64,000 nucleotides of DNA from Candidatus Pristimantibacillus sp. (lineage in GTDB: Bacteria > Bacillota > Bacilli > Paenibacillales > Paenibacillaceae). The translations under genes and the position numbers were made by a program. The first letter of the stretch is position 1. Each line of letters starts with the position of its first letter. A model generated the notes under the pieces. The model made no database searches. It worked only from the letters and a program-made list of their open reading frames with translations, and was not told where the DNA came from. Below are positions 19,682 through 29,884 of this stretch, piece after piece. The DNA lies in NCBI GenBank assembly GCA_048976605.1, contig JBHGUX010000031.1, positions 19,029 to 83,028 on the forward strand. Direction: 5' to 3'.

Positions 19682-20619
19682 TCGGAATGGGGCTGATCAG
19701 GAACACTCTCCAACGTACGGTGTTTGGGACGGAAATGACTTGGTGCTTGATTCGACCATCTGCGAAATTGTCTGGAGAAGTGACTAACCGAATGAAAACC
19801 GAGCTGATCAGCCACGGCTTCTACTGTCATGTTGGTGTTCACTAACAGTTCCTTTGCTTTATTCAGCTTGAGTCGACTTAAGTATTGACGCGGCGACATT
19901 CCATACACTTGCGAGAAAATTTTAGAGCTTTGATAACGGCTTAGATGGAATTCAGTAGAAATGTCGGTAATCGAGATATCCGCGTTGAGATTCCGAACCA
20001 GACATTCTTCGATAGCATGAGCAACATCAGTAATATAGGAAGAGGACATGCTGTGCGTAGAGCCAGCTGTCTTTTTTTGTTGAGGGAAGGAAAGTAGCTC
20101 TCCGATGATAAGAAAGATGTGGGCTTGAAGGTAAATACGATCAATAAAAGAAGAATGAATAATTTTAACCTCGACGATCTCCTGTATCTGATTCTTGATT
20201 AGCCCTTTGTGGAACAGAGATTCCATAACTTCTGCATATGAGGGCAGCTTAGTTAGGGCTGCTTCTTCGCTTGTTATCATGATGTACGGGGATACTCCAA
20301 GCTGCTTGCGTATCTTCATATCATCCAAGTCGAAATGGGCATTGAAGTATACATAATGGGAGTTGGATCGATTCATCGTATAATGCCGGACACCTGAGTT
20401 AATTAACAACCAGTCACCTTGATTGAGATGCACAACCTCTCGATTAATCACCTGTGTGATTTCGCCGTCCCAGCAGAACAACAGCTCGAAAAAGTGGTGA
20501 TGATGCTTAGGAAACTCCCAAGAAGGAGGCTTAACACCGAAGTGACAGCCAATCAATTGCAAGGTGTTGGTTATGTCAGGAAATTTGATGGTGGTATCCA
20601 TAGCGTAGCTCCTTTTCAC
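19675..20619 (-). CDS. AraC-family regulator with N-terminal cupin
   Basis: HHHHFFELLFC cupin; C-terminal KAKELL...VADQLGFHSVSHFSRQFRR. Confidence 0.92.
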   Translation of the reverse strand: MKRSYAMDTTIKFPDITNTLQLIGCHFGVKPPSWEFPKHHHHFFELLFCWDGEITQVINREVVHLNQGDWLLINSGVRHYTMNRSNSHYVYFNAHFDLDDMKIRKQLGVSPYIMITSEEAALTKLPSYAEVMESLFHKGLIKNQIQEIVEVKIIHSSFIDRIYLQAHIFLIIGELLSFPQQKKTAGSTHSMSSSYITDVAHAIEECLVRNLNADISITDISTEFHLSRYQSSKIFSQVYGMSPRQYLSRLKLNKAKELLVNTNMTVEAVADQLGFHSVSHFSRQFRRWSNQAPSHFRPKHRTLESVPDQPHSDQ

Positions 20620-20823
20620 AACAAGAAGTTTGGATATAGTATAGCATGATAGAAATGATTATGGATTCGAAGTTCACAATTGGTTAATAAATATGTTGAT
20701 ATTGCAATCTGGGGACAATAAGGATCATTTGACGAACAAATGATTCGTTTGTTACAATTTCCCCATCTAATAGGAACAGGATTACGTTCCAAGGGGTAAC
20801 GTAAAACTATCTCTCGGAAAAGG

Positions 20824-21780
20824 GTGCAGGGCATGAACAAAACAGATCGTTTGTTAGCTATAGTGCTAGAGCTGCAGCGTAACGAAGTGTTACGAGCTGA
20901 GGATTTGGCGGCTACATTTGAAACAAGCGTGCGAACCATCTATAGAGATATACAGGCTTTGAGTGAAGCTGGCGTATCCGTGATAGGGGCGCCAGGACAG
21001 GGATACTCCTTAATGGAGGGGTACTTCCTGCCGCCAGTCAGTTTCACGGTGGAAGAAGCAGTGACACTTCTCATCGGGACAGATTTTATCGAGCATTGGT
21101 TTGATGCCCACTATAGCAATAAGTCTCGAACTTCTAGAGGGAAGATTGAAGCTATCCTGCCGGAAACGATCCGCAGTGAGGCATCCCGGATTCGCAAAAG
21201 CTTTCGTTTGTTTGTGTCCTCTGAAGATGCAGCTCGATTACAAGAGAAAGCATACTTGGAAGCGATTCGTCGAGCGATGCTGGAGGAAAGGAAAATAAGC
21301 TTCCGTTATTCCAAAAGAATCGCCGAAGCTGATGGGAACCGTCAAAGTGTACGTACAGTTGCTCCATATGGACTTGTTTTTCATCAAGGGTCATGGGTAC
21401 TCATTGCATGGTGTGAACTGCGTCAAGATATTCGACATTTCCGGTTATCACGGATGAAAGAGCTTATCGATTTGGAAGATAAATTTATACTGCCAGCAGA
21501 TTTTTGTTTAGAAATATACCAGCCTCCAGATGATCGCGACGTAAGTGTGCGCATCTTGGTCCTACCTGACATTGCCGATAAGGTAAGGGAAGCGAACAAC
21601 TTCTATTTGGAAACCATAGAGGATCATAAGGAAGGGTTGCTTATGACCTTTCGCGTTCGGCAACCTGAGGAATTGCTGCATTGGGTGCTCGGATGGGGAG
21701 GCGGAGTGGTTGTACTGGAGCCGGAATCCTTCCGACAGCGGGTTAGAAACGAACTAGAAAATACGTTGAAACGCTACTGA
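20824..21780 (+). CDS. YafY-family HTH-WYL-WCX transcriptional regulator
   Basis: MNKTDRLLAI, LAATFETSVRTIYRDIQALSE, APYGLVFHQGSWVLIAWC, RHFRLSR. Confidence 0.94.
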   Translation: MQGMNKTDRLLAIVLELQRNEVLRAEDLAATFETSVRTIYRDIQALSEAGVSVIGAPGQGYSLMEGYFLPPVSFTVEEAVTLLIGTDFIEHWFDAHYSNKSRTSRGKIEAILPETIRSEASRIRKSFRLFVSSEDAARLQEKAYLEAIRRAMLEERKISFRYSKRIAEADGNRQSVRTVAPYGLVFHQGSWVLIAWCELRQDIRHFRLSRMKELIDLEDKFILPADFCLEIYQPPDDRDVSVRILVLPDIADKVREANNFYLETIEDHKEGLLMTFRVRQPEELLHWVLGWGGGVVVLEPESFRQRVRNELENTLKRY

Positions 21781-21811
21781 CATAATGTTGTCAGTAGCGT
21801 TTTTGTATACT
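21771..21811 (+). promoter_or_regulatory. Palindromic operator for the WYL regulator plus a -10 box
   Basis: ACGCTACTGACA-N6-TGTCAGTAGCGT (21771-21800) overlapping the regulator stop codon, TATACT at 21806-21811. Confidence 0.7.
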
Positions 21812-21835
21812 TAGATAAAAAGATGACAAAAGGCG

Positions 21836-22390
21836 ATGATAATGATGATTACAACAAAGAAAGCATTACAACGATTTGAAGAGACTGCAACCTATTATAT
21901 TCATGAACTAGATCAATTCAGTCTGGAGCAGCTGAGACAAAAGCCAAGTGACAATGAGTGGTCGATCGGAGAGATGCTTCAGCATCTCATTAGCTCGGCG
22001 CTTTATATGCAGCTTCGTAATCTTGATCAATGTCTTCTGTCAAGCCAAGATGCCTTGGTATCGCGAACGCAAAAAACCGAGGTTGGTGCTGCAATATTTG
22101 CTCAGGGGAGCTTTCCGCCCATTCGGATTCATGTTCCGCCTTCCCCACAATATACGCCTGAGCTGCCGGAAAGCAAAGAGCAGCTCATTCAAGGCTTACA
22201 GACTGTCATTCAAAGAATGAATGAGATTGAACCTAACCTTGAACAAGCGTCCAAACAAAATACAGTATCCCATCCGCGATTCGGTGAACTATGTGCGGAG
22301 GAATGGTTTCTGCTTGTTGAAATGCATTACCGTCATCATCTTCTGCAGCTGGACCGCTTAAAACAAGGATTGGTAGAGAAAGAGACCTAA
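21836..22390 (+). CDS. DinB/YfiT-family protein
   Basis: WSIGEMLQHL and HPRFG...EMHYRHHLLQ His motifs. Confidence 0.9.
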   Translation: MIMMITTKKALQRFEETATYYIHELDQFSLEQLRQKPSDNEWSIGEMLQHLISSALYMQLRNLDQCLLSSQDALVSRTQKTEVGAAIFAQGSFPPIRIHVPPSPQYTPELPESKEQLIQGLQTVIQRMNEIEPNLEQASKQNTVSHPRFGELCAEEWFLLVEMHYRHHLLQLDRLKQGLVEKET

Positions 22391-22416
22391 CTTAATGTAA
22401 GAGGGGAAATCGAAAT

Positions 22417-22878
22417 ATGCAAATGGATAAAATAAGTCAACAAAGTCGCTTTTGGATTGGTGTCGTGTCCGCATCTCATGTGAAGTATGGAGTGTTGGGG
22501 GGATTCGCTCAGCTTTGTCACGGTAAGTCAGCGTCTTTACGTAAGATGCGAGCTGGCGATTGGTTGATCTACTATTCCCCCCGTACAGAAATGACGAAAG
22601 GAGCACTACTCCAAGCGTTCACTGCTATCGGGGAATTGGATGATGATCATGTATATGAATATCAGATGTCCGAATCGTTTGTGCCATTCCGCAGAAATAT
22701 CCGTTATATTTCATGCCAGGAGGTACAAATTAGAGATCTACTAGAACAGCTTAGCTTTACTCGCGGGAACCGAAATTGGGGGTATTCCTTTCGCTATGGC
22801 CATTTTGAGATCAGTCGGGAGGACTTTTTGACGATAGCCAGTGCGATGCTGAGCAATGAGTTAATTGAATGTTCTTAA
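22417..22878 (+). CDS. EVE-domain protein
   Basis: FWIGVVSASHV, QLCHGK, GDWLIYYSP, FRYGHFEISREDF. Confidence 0.9.
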   Translation: MQMDKISQQSRFWIGVVSASHVKYGVLGGFAQLCHGKSASLRKMRAGDWLIYYSPRTEMTKGALLQAFTAIGELDDDHVYEYQMSESFVPFRRNIRYISCQEVQIRDLLEQLSFTRGNRNWGYSFRYGHFEISREDFLTIASAMLSNELIECS

Positions 22879-22975
22879 AAGCTTGTAAAGGAAATCGAGG
22901 TGGGAGAGCAATAATGGAGTAAGGACTGATACAGCTGAGTAAGGGAGCCAACGCTGTGTCAGCTCCCTAGCTTAG

Positions 22976-23383
22976 TTATATGGCTCTCATACGATTATTC
23001 CGAGCATGATGTTCTACCTCAGCTAGTCCTAATTGCTCCAATAACGGCGGAATATACATGCCGAATCGTCCTCGCAGCCCTTTTTTCAAACCATACCATC
23101 CTCCAATAGGATTCACTTCCGAGCGACCCCAAGCTTCAACGGTACCTTCCTTAGCAGATTTCTGCTCATCAGCACTGCCAAGCTCTATCCAGTCAGAATG
23201 TTGTTTGAGCATATTGTGCAAGTCAGCAATACAACGATAATCATAATGCAATACCGTTTTTCCAACGGTACATACTAAGATTTCTCTACCGTCTTTTTCG
23301 TCTTTATACATTTCATATTCGGATGACAGGGGAGGAGTTTTTAATTTCCATGGGTTTTCCTTTGTTCCAAGTACGGAGGACAT
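22976..23383 (-). CDS. Conserved hypothetical protein (DUF6855-like)
   Basis: GTKENPWKLKTPP...GWYGLKKGLRGRFGMYIPP...NNRMRA. Confidence 0.75.
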   Translation of the reverse strand: MSSVLGTKENPWKLKTPPLSSEYEMYKDEKDGREILVCTVGKTVLHYDYRCIADLHNMLKQHSDWIELGSADEQKSAKEGTVEAWGRSEVNPIGGWYGLKKGLRGRFGMYIPPLLEQLGLAEVEHHARNNRMRAI

Positions 23384-23407
23384 TTGTAATTCTCCTTTTA
23401 CTGTTTA

Positions 23408-23774
23408 CTATAATTTCGATTTAGATCTCTTTAGTATAATAGATACGATTAGTGCAATTGCAAATCCCAAAGAAATAGATATTAGATATTTATTCTTCCA
23501 AAGGGGTTCAGTCAAGTTGTTTAGTGTTCGAATATCCTTGCCTGCTTCCATGCCCATCTGCAAGTTCACCTTTCCAAACCTTATCTATACTAAAAACATT
23601 TCCGCCTTCAGAATCTTTACTTTCCAAAGTGCCTGTGAATACGACGCTGGACTGCTCAAAGTTTTTTTTAGTGCCTGGTTCTGCACAACTACAAGCATAT
23701 GCCTTGTTCGGGCTGAATGCACTTATACTAACAATTATACCGAGTAGTAGAACAAACGGTAGTATTCTTTTCAT
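23408..23774 (-). pseudogene. Internally deleted / frameshifted TIMP-like (ACSC motif) surface protein
   Basis: Signal peptide, AYACSC, VVFTG, VWKG, then loss of frame; TM anchor NLISISLGFAIALIVSIILKRSK lies in another frame ending at TAG 23408. Confidence 0.6.
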
Positions 23775-23859
23775 TCAAACCGTCCCCAATCTATTAACGA
23801 AATCGCTAATATAGACGTCAATTGGGAAACAATGTTGCAACTAGGTGATGACTGCCCAG

Positions 23860-24180
23860 TTACGAAGAATATTCTCTTTCAATTTTACAGATCTTCACTT
23901 TATAGTTATGGTACCAATCTTGCATGCCCTTATCCTGGGCGACCTTGTGAGATTGATGCTGCTTCCAATTACTGATCGCCTCCAGGCTATCCCAATAGGA
24001 GATGGTAATGCCAGCGCCTGAAGAATCTCTAACACCTTCAACACCTAAGAAACCAGGTTGCTCGGCAGCAAGCTGCTCCATTTTGTCGGACATTAGACTA
24101 TAACCATTATCACCATCAGTACGTTGACTTGAAAAAATAACTGCATAATAAGATCCATTTGTTTCAGGTGCCATTATCAT
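23860..24180 (-). CDS. Antibiotic biosynthesis monooxygenase (ABM) family protein
   Basis: YYAVIFSSQR, QPGFLGVE, ITISYWDSLEAI. Confidence 0.92.
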   Translation of the reverse strand: MIMAPETNGSYYAVIFSSQRTDGDNGYSLMSDKMEQLAAEQPGFLGVEGVRDSSGAGITISYWDSLEAISNWKQHQSHKVAQDKGMQDWYHNYKVKICKIEREYSS

Positions 24181-24380
24181 CGAGCTCCTTCAATTATTGT
24201 TTCGGTTTATATTAGATTGTACTATTATAATTTCTAAATAAAAAATAAATGTTATTCATAACTTTAATGCATAAGTTTAATGATTTATTGATTTATCTGT
24301 CCACTTAATTGATCAAAATTTCTAAAGACACAGTAAGCTAATACCTAGAATACACTATTCTAAAAGGAGATTGCAGCCTG

Positions 24381-24953
24381 ATGAATAGACACAACGAACT
24401 AAGCCTTGTGACGAAGGCCTATCTAGATTGTTACTTCAATATTCTGAATACCATGATTCGGGATATGACAAGTGTGCCCCTCACCAATAGTATTTCCGAT
24501 ATTTTTATTAGGCAGATGATTCCCCATCACAGAGCAGCAATTGAAATGTCTAACAATATATTGAAATACACAACAAATCTTGAATTGCAAAGTATCGCTT
24601 TGAACATTATTGCTGAACAAACAAAAAGTATTACGAATATGCAAGCCATACAGCATCAATGCGGCCTTATGACAAATACAGATTACGAGCGATCTCACTA
24701 CATGACTAGATTTAATGAAATATCGAACACCATGTTTGTTGAAATGAGTTCAGCTCCTATTACAAATGGTGTAAATGCAAATTTTGTGAGAGAAATGATT
24801 CCGCATCACGTGGGTGCTATACGCATGTCTAACAACGTACTTCAATTCAATATCTGTCCCGAGTTAAAGCCGATTCTATATGCTATCATAACTTCCCAAT
24901 GCAAAGGTATCGAACAAATGCAGCAGCTGCTAGAACGGCTTGGTTCTTGTTGA
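24381..24953 (+). CDS. DUF305 ferritin-like protein
   Basis: Two MIPHH-x2-AI-x-MS repeats. Confidence 0.92.
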   Translation: MNRHNELSLVTKAYLDCYFNILNTMIRDMTSVPLTNSISDIFIRQMIPHHRAAIEMSNNILKYTTNLELQSIALNIIAEQTKSITNMQAIQHQCGLMTNTDYERSHYMTRFNEISNTMFVEMSSAPITNGVNANFVREMIPHHVGAIRMSNNVLQFNICPELKPILYAIITSQCKGIEQMQQLLERLGSC

Positions 24954-25087
24954 ATGAATACAAAATTACCATATAAAATAAAATGAGCACCCCTATGGAT
25001 AAGATGCTTCAATGATTATCCTTAAAGGGGTGTTAAAGTTTGTTCGGTTAGATGCTATGATTAAATAAATGATTAAATCCTCATAGA

Positions 25088-25585
25088 TTGGAGCAGACGT
25101 TAATGGCACAAAGCAAGACGAATGCGATGCGAATGTTGGACAAGGCCCAAATTCCGTATGCAATTATGACCTATGATAATGAAGATGGTAAAATACATGG
25201 ATCGGCTGTTGCCGAGAAGATCGGTAAACCGAAGGAGATCGTTTTCAAGACGTTAGTCGCTCACCAAGCCGCGAATTTATTCATATATGTCATTCCAGTA
25301 GAGGAGGAGCTTGATCTTAAAGTAGCAGCACAGGCGGCTGGTGTGAAGAAGATCGAGATGCTCCCTGTTAAGGATCTTCAAAAGTGGACGGGCTATATTC
25401 GTGGTGGCTGTTCACCAATAGGAATGAAAAAGCTGTATCCTACTTATATGGACAGCAGCGCTCAAGATTTACAAAAGATGATTGTGAGTGCTGGTAAGAT
25501 CGGACTTCAGCTAGAACTTGAGCCGAAGCAGCTAGCTGAACAACTATCGGCTGTGTTCATTCCTTTAGTAAAAGAGAATTATTAA
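25088..25585 (+). CDS. ybaK: Cys-tRNA(Pro) deacylase
   Basis: KTNAMRML, VFKTLV, TGYIRGGCSPIGMKK, VSAGKIG. Confidence 0.95.
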   Translation: MEQTLMAQSKTNAMRMLDKAQIPYAIMTYDNEDGKIHGSAVAEKIGKPKEIVFKTLVAHQAANLFIYVIPVEEELDLKVAAQAAGVKKIEMLPVKDLQKWTGYIRGGCSPIGMKKLYPTYMDSSAQDLQKMIVSAGKIGLQLELEPKQLAEQLSAVFIPLVKENY

Positions 25586-25649
25586 CGTTTCACCATATCG
25601 TTTTAAGTTTTTATACTTATAAAGCATTGCTTATAGAGGAGGGAGTCTT

Positions 25650-25871
25650 TTGGATAAAGTAAATAAACAGGTTGAGGAGAATAGATGCCCCTTATGTAGT
25701 GATGTAAATCAATGCAGTGTTGAGAGCGGTGACTGCTGGTGTTTCAATACGAAATTCCCCATAGAGTTGAATGAACGTTTACCTGAAGAGTTAGTAGGGA
25801 AAGTCTGTATTTGTCAAAAATGTGTGGAGAAATATAAAAGACATTCAAATCTATCAGAATCACAATTATAG
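25650..25871 (+). CDS. Cysteine-rich CWC family protein
   Basis: CPLC-x3-NQC, CWC, CICQKC. Confidence 0.88.
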   Translation: MDKVNKQVEENRCPLCSDVNQCSVESGDCWCFNTKFPIELNERLPEELVGKVCICQKCVEKYKRHSNLSESQL

Positions 25872-26066
25872 AAACTCTTGTGGCATGTTTTGATAAGGTA
25901 TGGAGATCCGCTTCGGGATTATAAATTGTAAATATTCTTTTTTTCTTATGGGATTAGCTGTATTCAAATGTTAGTGGAAAAAGTTGCATAGTAGTGTAGA
26001 GGATTATCGAACGCAAAATAGTTGTAATTAAAATAATAATATGATAATCTAAAAAAACGAAATGCA

Positions 26067-26080
26067 TGTAACCGGTTACA
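26067..26080. promoter_or_regulatory. RbsR/CcpA-type operator
   Basis: Perfect palindrome TGTAACCGGTTACA just upstream of the rbsR RBS. Confidence 0.7.
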
Positions 26081-26100
26081 CATTGGGGGATGAATCGTTA

Positions 26101-27078
26101 ATGACTATTAAAGATGTTGCAAGAATCGCTGGAGTCTCGGTGGCCACCGTCTCACGGGTGATCAATGAATCTGGTTATGTAAATGTAGATACCCGCAAAA
26201 AGGTCGAAGCAGCGGTCAAACAAATTAATTACACCCCTAATGAAGTAGCACGGTCGTTATACAAACGGAAGTCCAAATTAATCGGATTGTTATTGCCTGA
26301 CATCACCAATCCATTTTTCCCGCAGTTAGCAAGAGGGATAGAGGATCGAATGCAGGAGAATGGTTATCGGATTATATTTGGGAACAGCGATGAGAATGGG
26401 GACAAGGAATTGGATTATATTCGAACCTTTGTCCAAAACAATGTCATCGGAGTAATTGCATCAACGAATTTTCCTGACAGTGATACTTATCTTGATTTGA
26501 AAATTCCAATCGTATTTTTGGATCGTACTTCTAATGACAGTCCTTCTGTATATGCAGACGGGAGAAAAGGCGGACGTCTTGCTGCTGAAGAAATCATTGC
26601 TCGAGGAAGTAAACTAATTACGGTTGTACAAGGACCGGCACATATCAAACCTGCACAGGATCGTTTTCTTGGAGCTGTTGAGGTGCTGAATGAAATGGAT
26701 ATAACCTATAATGTGATCCAGACTTCATCCTTCTCATTCGCAGAAGCGGAGCAATGGGCCCAAGAGTTATTTGATAAATATATAGATACCGATGGAGTCA
26801 TTGCTAGTAATGATATCGTAGCAACGGCCGTTCTTCATGAAGCACATCGTCTAGGCAAAAAAGTACCACAGGATGTTCAAATCATCGGATTCGATGATAT
26901 CCCGCTTAGCAGTCTGTTGTCACCATCTTTATCAACCATTCGCCAGCCTGCACATGACATGGGCAGAGAAGCGGCTGGTTTACTTATTAAGTTAATTGAA
27001 CAAGATAAGGTAGAAGATAAGATTATTCAATTGCCTGTTAGCTTCGTGGAACGAGAGACGACCAGGCCGAAGCATTAG
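26101..27078 (+). CDS. rbsR: Ribose operon repressor (LacI family)
   Basis: MTIKDVARIAGVSVATVSRV; first gene of the ribose operon; RBS favours ATG 26101. Confidence 0.93.
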   Translation: MTIKDVARIAGVSVATVSRVINESGYVNVDTRKKVEAAVKQINYTPNEVARSLYKRKSKLIGLLLPDITNPFFPQLARGIEDRMQENGYRIIFGNSDENGDKELDYIRTFVQNNVIGVIASTNFPDSDTYLDLKIPIVFLDRTSNDSPSVYADGRKGGRLAAEEIIARGSKLITVVQGPAHIKPAQDRFLGAVEVLNEMDITYNVIQTSSFSFAEAEQWAQELFDKYIDTDGVIASNDIVATAVLHEAHRLGKKVPQDVQIIGFDDIPLSSLLSPSLSTIRQPAHDMGREAAGLLIKLIEQDKVEDKIIQLPVSFVERETTRPKH

Positions 27079-27096
27079 ATTAAACCATGAGAAAGG

Positions 27097-27984
27097 TTGA
27101 TGATTATGGCTAAGATTTGTGTAGTAGGAAGCAGTTCAATGGATTTGGTGGTGACTGCATCCAAGCGCCCTCAGGCTGGTGAAACGGTTCTTGGAGACAG
27201 CTTCACTACAGTTCCTGGAGGTAAGGGAGCGAACCAAGCAGTTGCAGCAGCGCGTCTAGGTGCTGAAGTTAGTATGATCGGCTGCATAGGAGAGGATTTC
27301 TATGGGAAAGCTATTTTGGACAATCTAAAAGCAAATCATATTATTACCACCTATGTGGAACCGGTTACACATATCGAAAGCGGAACAGCTCATATCATTT
27401 TGGCTGAAGGCGATAATAGCATTGTTGTTGTAAAAGGGGCCAATGATCGAGTTACTCCAGCTTACGTTGAACGAGCACTTGATGCGATTCACAGCGCTGA
27501 TATCGTTCTCATTCAACAAGAAATACCGGAAGAAACGGTAGCTTATGTAAGCGACCTTTGCCGTAACTTGAATATCCCATTACTGCTTAATCCGGCACCA
27601 GCACGTTCCATTAGCGATGCGATTATTGAGAATGCGACCTACTTAACGCCTAATGAACATGAATGTACGATATTGTTCCCTGGGATGAGCACGTCAGAAG
27701 CTTTGCAGAAATATCCCAATAAGCTAATCATTACAGAAGGCAGCAGAGGCGTACGATATTTCGATGGTGATCAAGAAGTACTGATTCCCACTTATAAAGT
27801 GGAGGCTATAGATACGACTGGAGCGGGAGATACTTTTAATGCAGCATTCGCAGTCGCTGTAGCAGAAGGCCATTCCATACCAGAGGGCTTGAAGTTCGCT
27901 AATCGCGCTGCTTCTCTATCGGTTACCAAATTCGGTGCTCAAGGCGGTATGCCAACAAGAGCAGAGGTTGAGGCGAATCTTTAA
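27097..27984 (+). CDS. rbsK: Ribokinase
   Basis: PGGKGANQAVAAARLG and DTTGAGDTFN PfkB motifs. Confidence 0.96.
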   Translation: MMIMAKICVVGSSSMDLVVTASKRPQAGETVLGDSFTTVPGGKGANQAVAAARLGAEVSMIGCIGEDFYGKAILDNLKANHIITTYVEPVTHIESGTAHIILAEGDNSIVVVKGANDRVTPAYVERALDAIHSADIVLIQQEIPEETVAYVSDLCRNLNIPLLLNPAPARSISDAIIENATYLTPNEHECTILFPGMSTSEALQKYPNKLIITEGSRGVRYFDGDQEVLIPTYKVEAIDTTGAGDTFNAAFAVAVAEGHSIPEGLKFANRAASLSVTKFGAQGGMPTRAEVEANL

Positions 27985-27985
27985 T

Positions 27986-28384
27986 ATGAAGAAGCTTGGG
28001 ATATTAAATAGTCATATTTCCAAAATACTTGCTGATTTAGGTCACACCGACACGATCGTCATTGCAGATGTTGGTCTGCCCATCCCACCCGATGTTCCTA
28101 AGATTGATCTGGCTCTTAAGCTTGGCATTCCTAGCTTCCAAGATGTTGTTGATATCATTGCGGAGGATATGGTCATAGAAAAGGTGATCGTGGCAGAGGA
28201 ACTAGCTGAGAATAATAAAACAACGTCTTACTACTTAAAAGATAAGTTTAAGGAAATAACTATAGAAGAATATTCACATGAACAATTTAAGCAATTAACC
28301 CAGAATGCGAAGGTTGTTATTCGGACGGGTGAGGCTAAACCTTATGCGAACTGCATTTTACAAGCTGGTGTCTACTTTGGATAA
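27986..28384 (+). CDS. rbsD: D-ribose pyranase
   Basis: MKKLGILNSHI...LGHTD...DVGLP...RTGEAKPYAN; start ATG 27986. Confidence 0.95.
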   Translation: MKKLGILNSHISKILADLGHTDTIVIADVGLPIPPDVPKIDLALKLGIPSFQDVVDIIAEDMVIEKVIVAEELAENNKTTSYYLKDKFKEITIEEYSHEQFKQLTQNAKVVIRTGEAKPYANCILQAGVYFG

Positions 28385-28396
28385 TAAGGGGGTTCT

Positions 28397-29884
28397 ATGG
28401 ATATGCACATAACAATGAAAGATATTTATAAGTCATTTGGTGCTAACCGAGTGTTGACCGGTGTGGATTTCGAGCTTCTGGATGGTGAAGTCCATGCCCT
28501 TATGGGTGAGAATGGCGCCGGTAAGTCTACTATGATGAATATTCTAATTGGTCTGCATCAGCGTGACCAAGGAACGATAATGATCGATGGGCAGGAAACC
28601 TATTTTTCCAATCCAAGAGAGGCGGAACGAAGCGGGATAGCTTTCATCCATCAAGAATTGAATGTGTGGCCAGATATGACGGTTCTGGACAACCTATTCA
28701 TCGGTAAAGAACGAACTTCCAAATTAGGTTTGCTAAATAGGAATGAGATGAAAGCGTTAGCAAATGAACAGTTTCATAAGCTTTCCGTGACGATTCCGCT
28801 GAGTCAAGAGGCGGGGAAATGCTCCGTAGGCGAGAAACAGATGATTGAGATTGCCAAAGCGCTCATGACCCATGCGAAGGTTATCGTCATGGACGAGCCC
28901 ACTGCTGCATTAACAGAGCGAGAAATACAGAAACTATTCGAAGTTATTACTGCTCTTAAGAAAGAAGGAGTCTCCATCGTCTATATTTCGCATCGGATGG
29001 AGGAGATTTTTACCATATGTGATCGAATAACTGTCATGCGGGATGGGAAAACGGTAGATACCAAAGCAATCCCAGATACGAACTTTGACGATGTCGTTAG
29101 AAAGATGGTTGGACGAGAATTAACAGATCGTTTCCCTGAGCGTCAATCCGAACCTGGTGAAATAGTGCTTGAAGTTAAGAGCGCTTCTAAGAAGGGTCAA
29201 TTCAAGGATGTTAATTTCTCTGTTCGATCTGGTGAAATTATCGGATTCTCCGGCTTAATGGGTTCTGGACGGACAGAAATGATGAGAACCTTATTCGGAC
29301 TAGATTCATTAGATTCCGGTGAGATTTGGGTAAAGGGGAAAAAGGTTGCGATCCGTAATCCCAATGACGCAATGAAGGCGGGAATAGGTTTTGTTACAGA
29401 GGATCGTAAGGATGAAGGATTAGTTCTTGATTTCTCGATTCGAGACAATATGGTTCTTACGAATTTATATAGCTTTGCACCGAAGGGCGTTATCAATGAT
29501 AAGAAAGAACAAGAATTCGTAGAGATTCTTATCAAACGGCTGCAGATCAAGACACAGTCCTCTTCAACCTTAGTACGTCATTTATCTGGGGGCAACCAAC
29601 AGAAGGTGGTCATTGCCAAATGGATTGGAATTGGCCTTAGTGTTCTCATTCTGGATGAACCGACACGTGGAGTCGACGTAGGAGCTAAGCGAGAAATCTA
29701 TCAACTTATGAATGAATTAACAGAACGTGGCGTCGCCATTATTATGGTATCCTCTGAACTTCCTGAAGTATTGGGGATGAGTGACCGAATTATCGTTGTT
29801 CATGAAGGTAAAATCAGCGGTGAACTTAAACAAGAGGAAGCAACGCAAGAAAACATTATGACGTTAGCTACAGGAGGGCAATAG
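28397..29884 (+). CDS. rbsA: Ribose ABC transporter ATPase
   Basis: GENGAGKST, duplicated NBD, LSGGNQQKV. Confidence 0.96.
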   Translation: MDMHITMKDIYKSFGANRVLTGVDFELLDGEVHALMGENGAGKSTMMNILIGLHQRDQGTIMIDGQETYFSNPREAERSGIAFIHQELNVWPDMTVLDNLFIGKERTSKLGLLNRNEMKALANEQFHKLSVTIPLSQEAGKCSVGEKQMIEIAKALMTHAKVIVMDEPTAALTEREIQKLFEVITALKKEGVSIVYISHRMEEIFTICDRITVMRDGKTVDTKAIPDTNFDDVVRKMVGRELTDRFPERQSEPGEIVLEVKSASKKGQFKDVNFSVRSGEIIGFSGLMGSGRTEMMRTLFGLDSLDSGEIWVKGKKVAIRNPNDAMKAGIGFVTEDRKDEGLVLDFSIRDNMVLTNLYSFAPKGVINDKKEQEFVEILIKRLQIKTQSSSTLVRHLSGGNQQKVVIAKWIGIGLSVLILDEPTRGVDVGAKREIYQLMNELTERGVAIIMVSSELPEVLGMSDRIIVVHEGKISGELKQEEATQENIMTLATGGQ

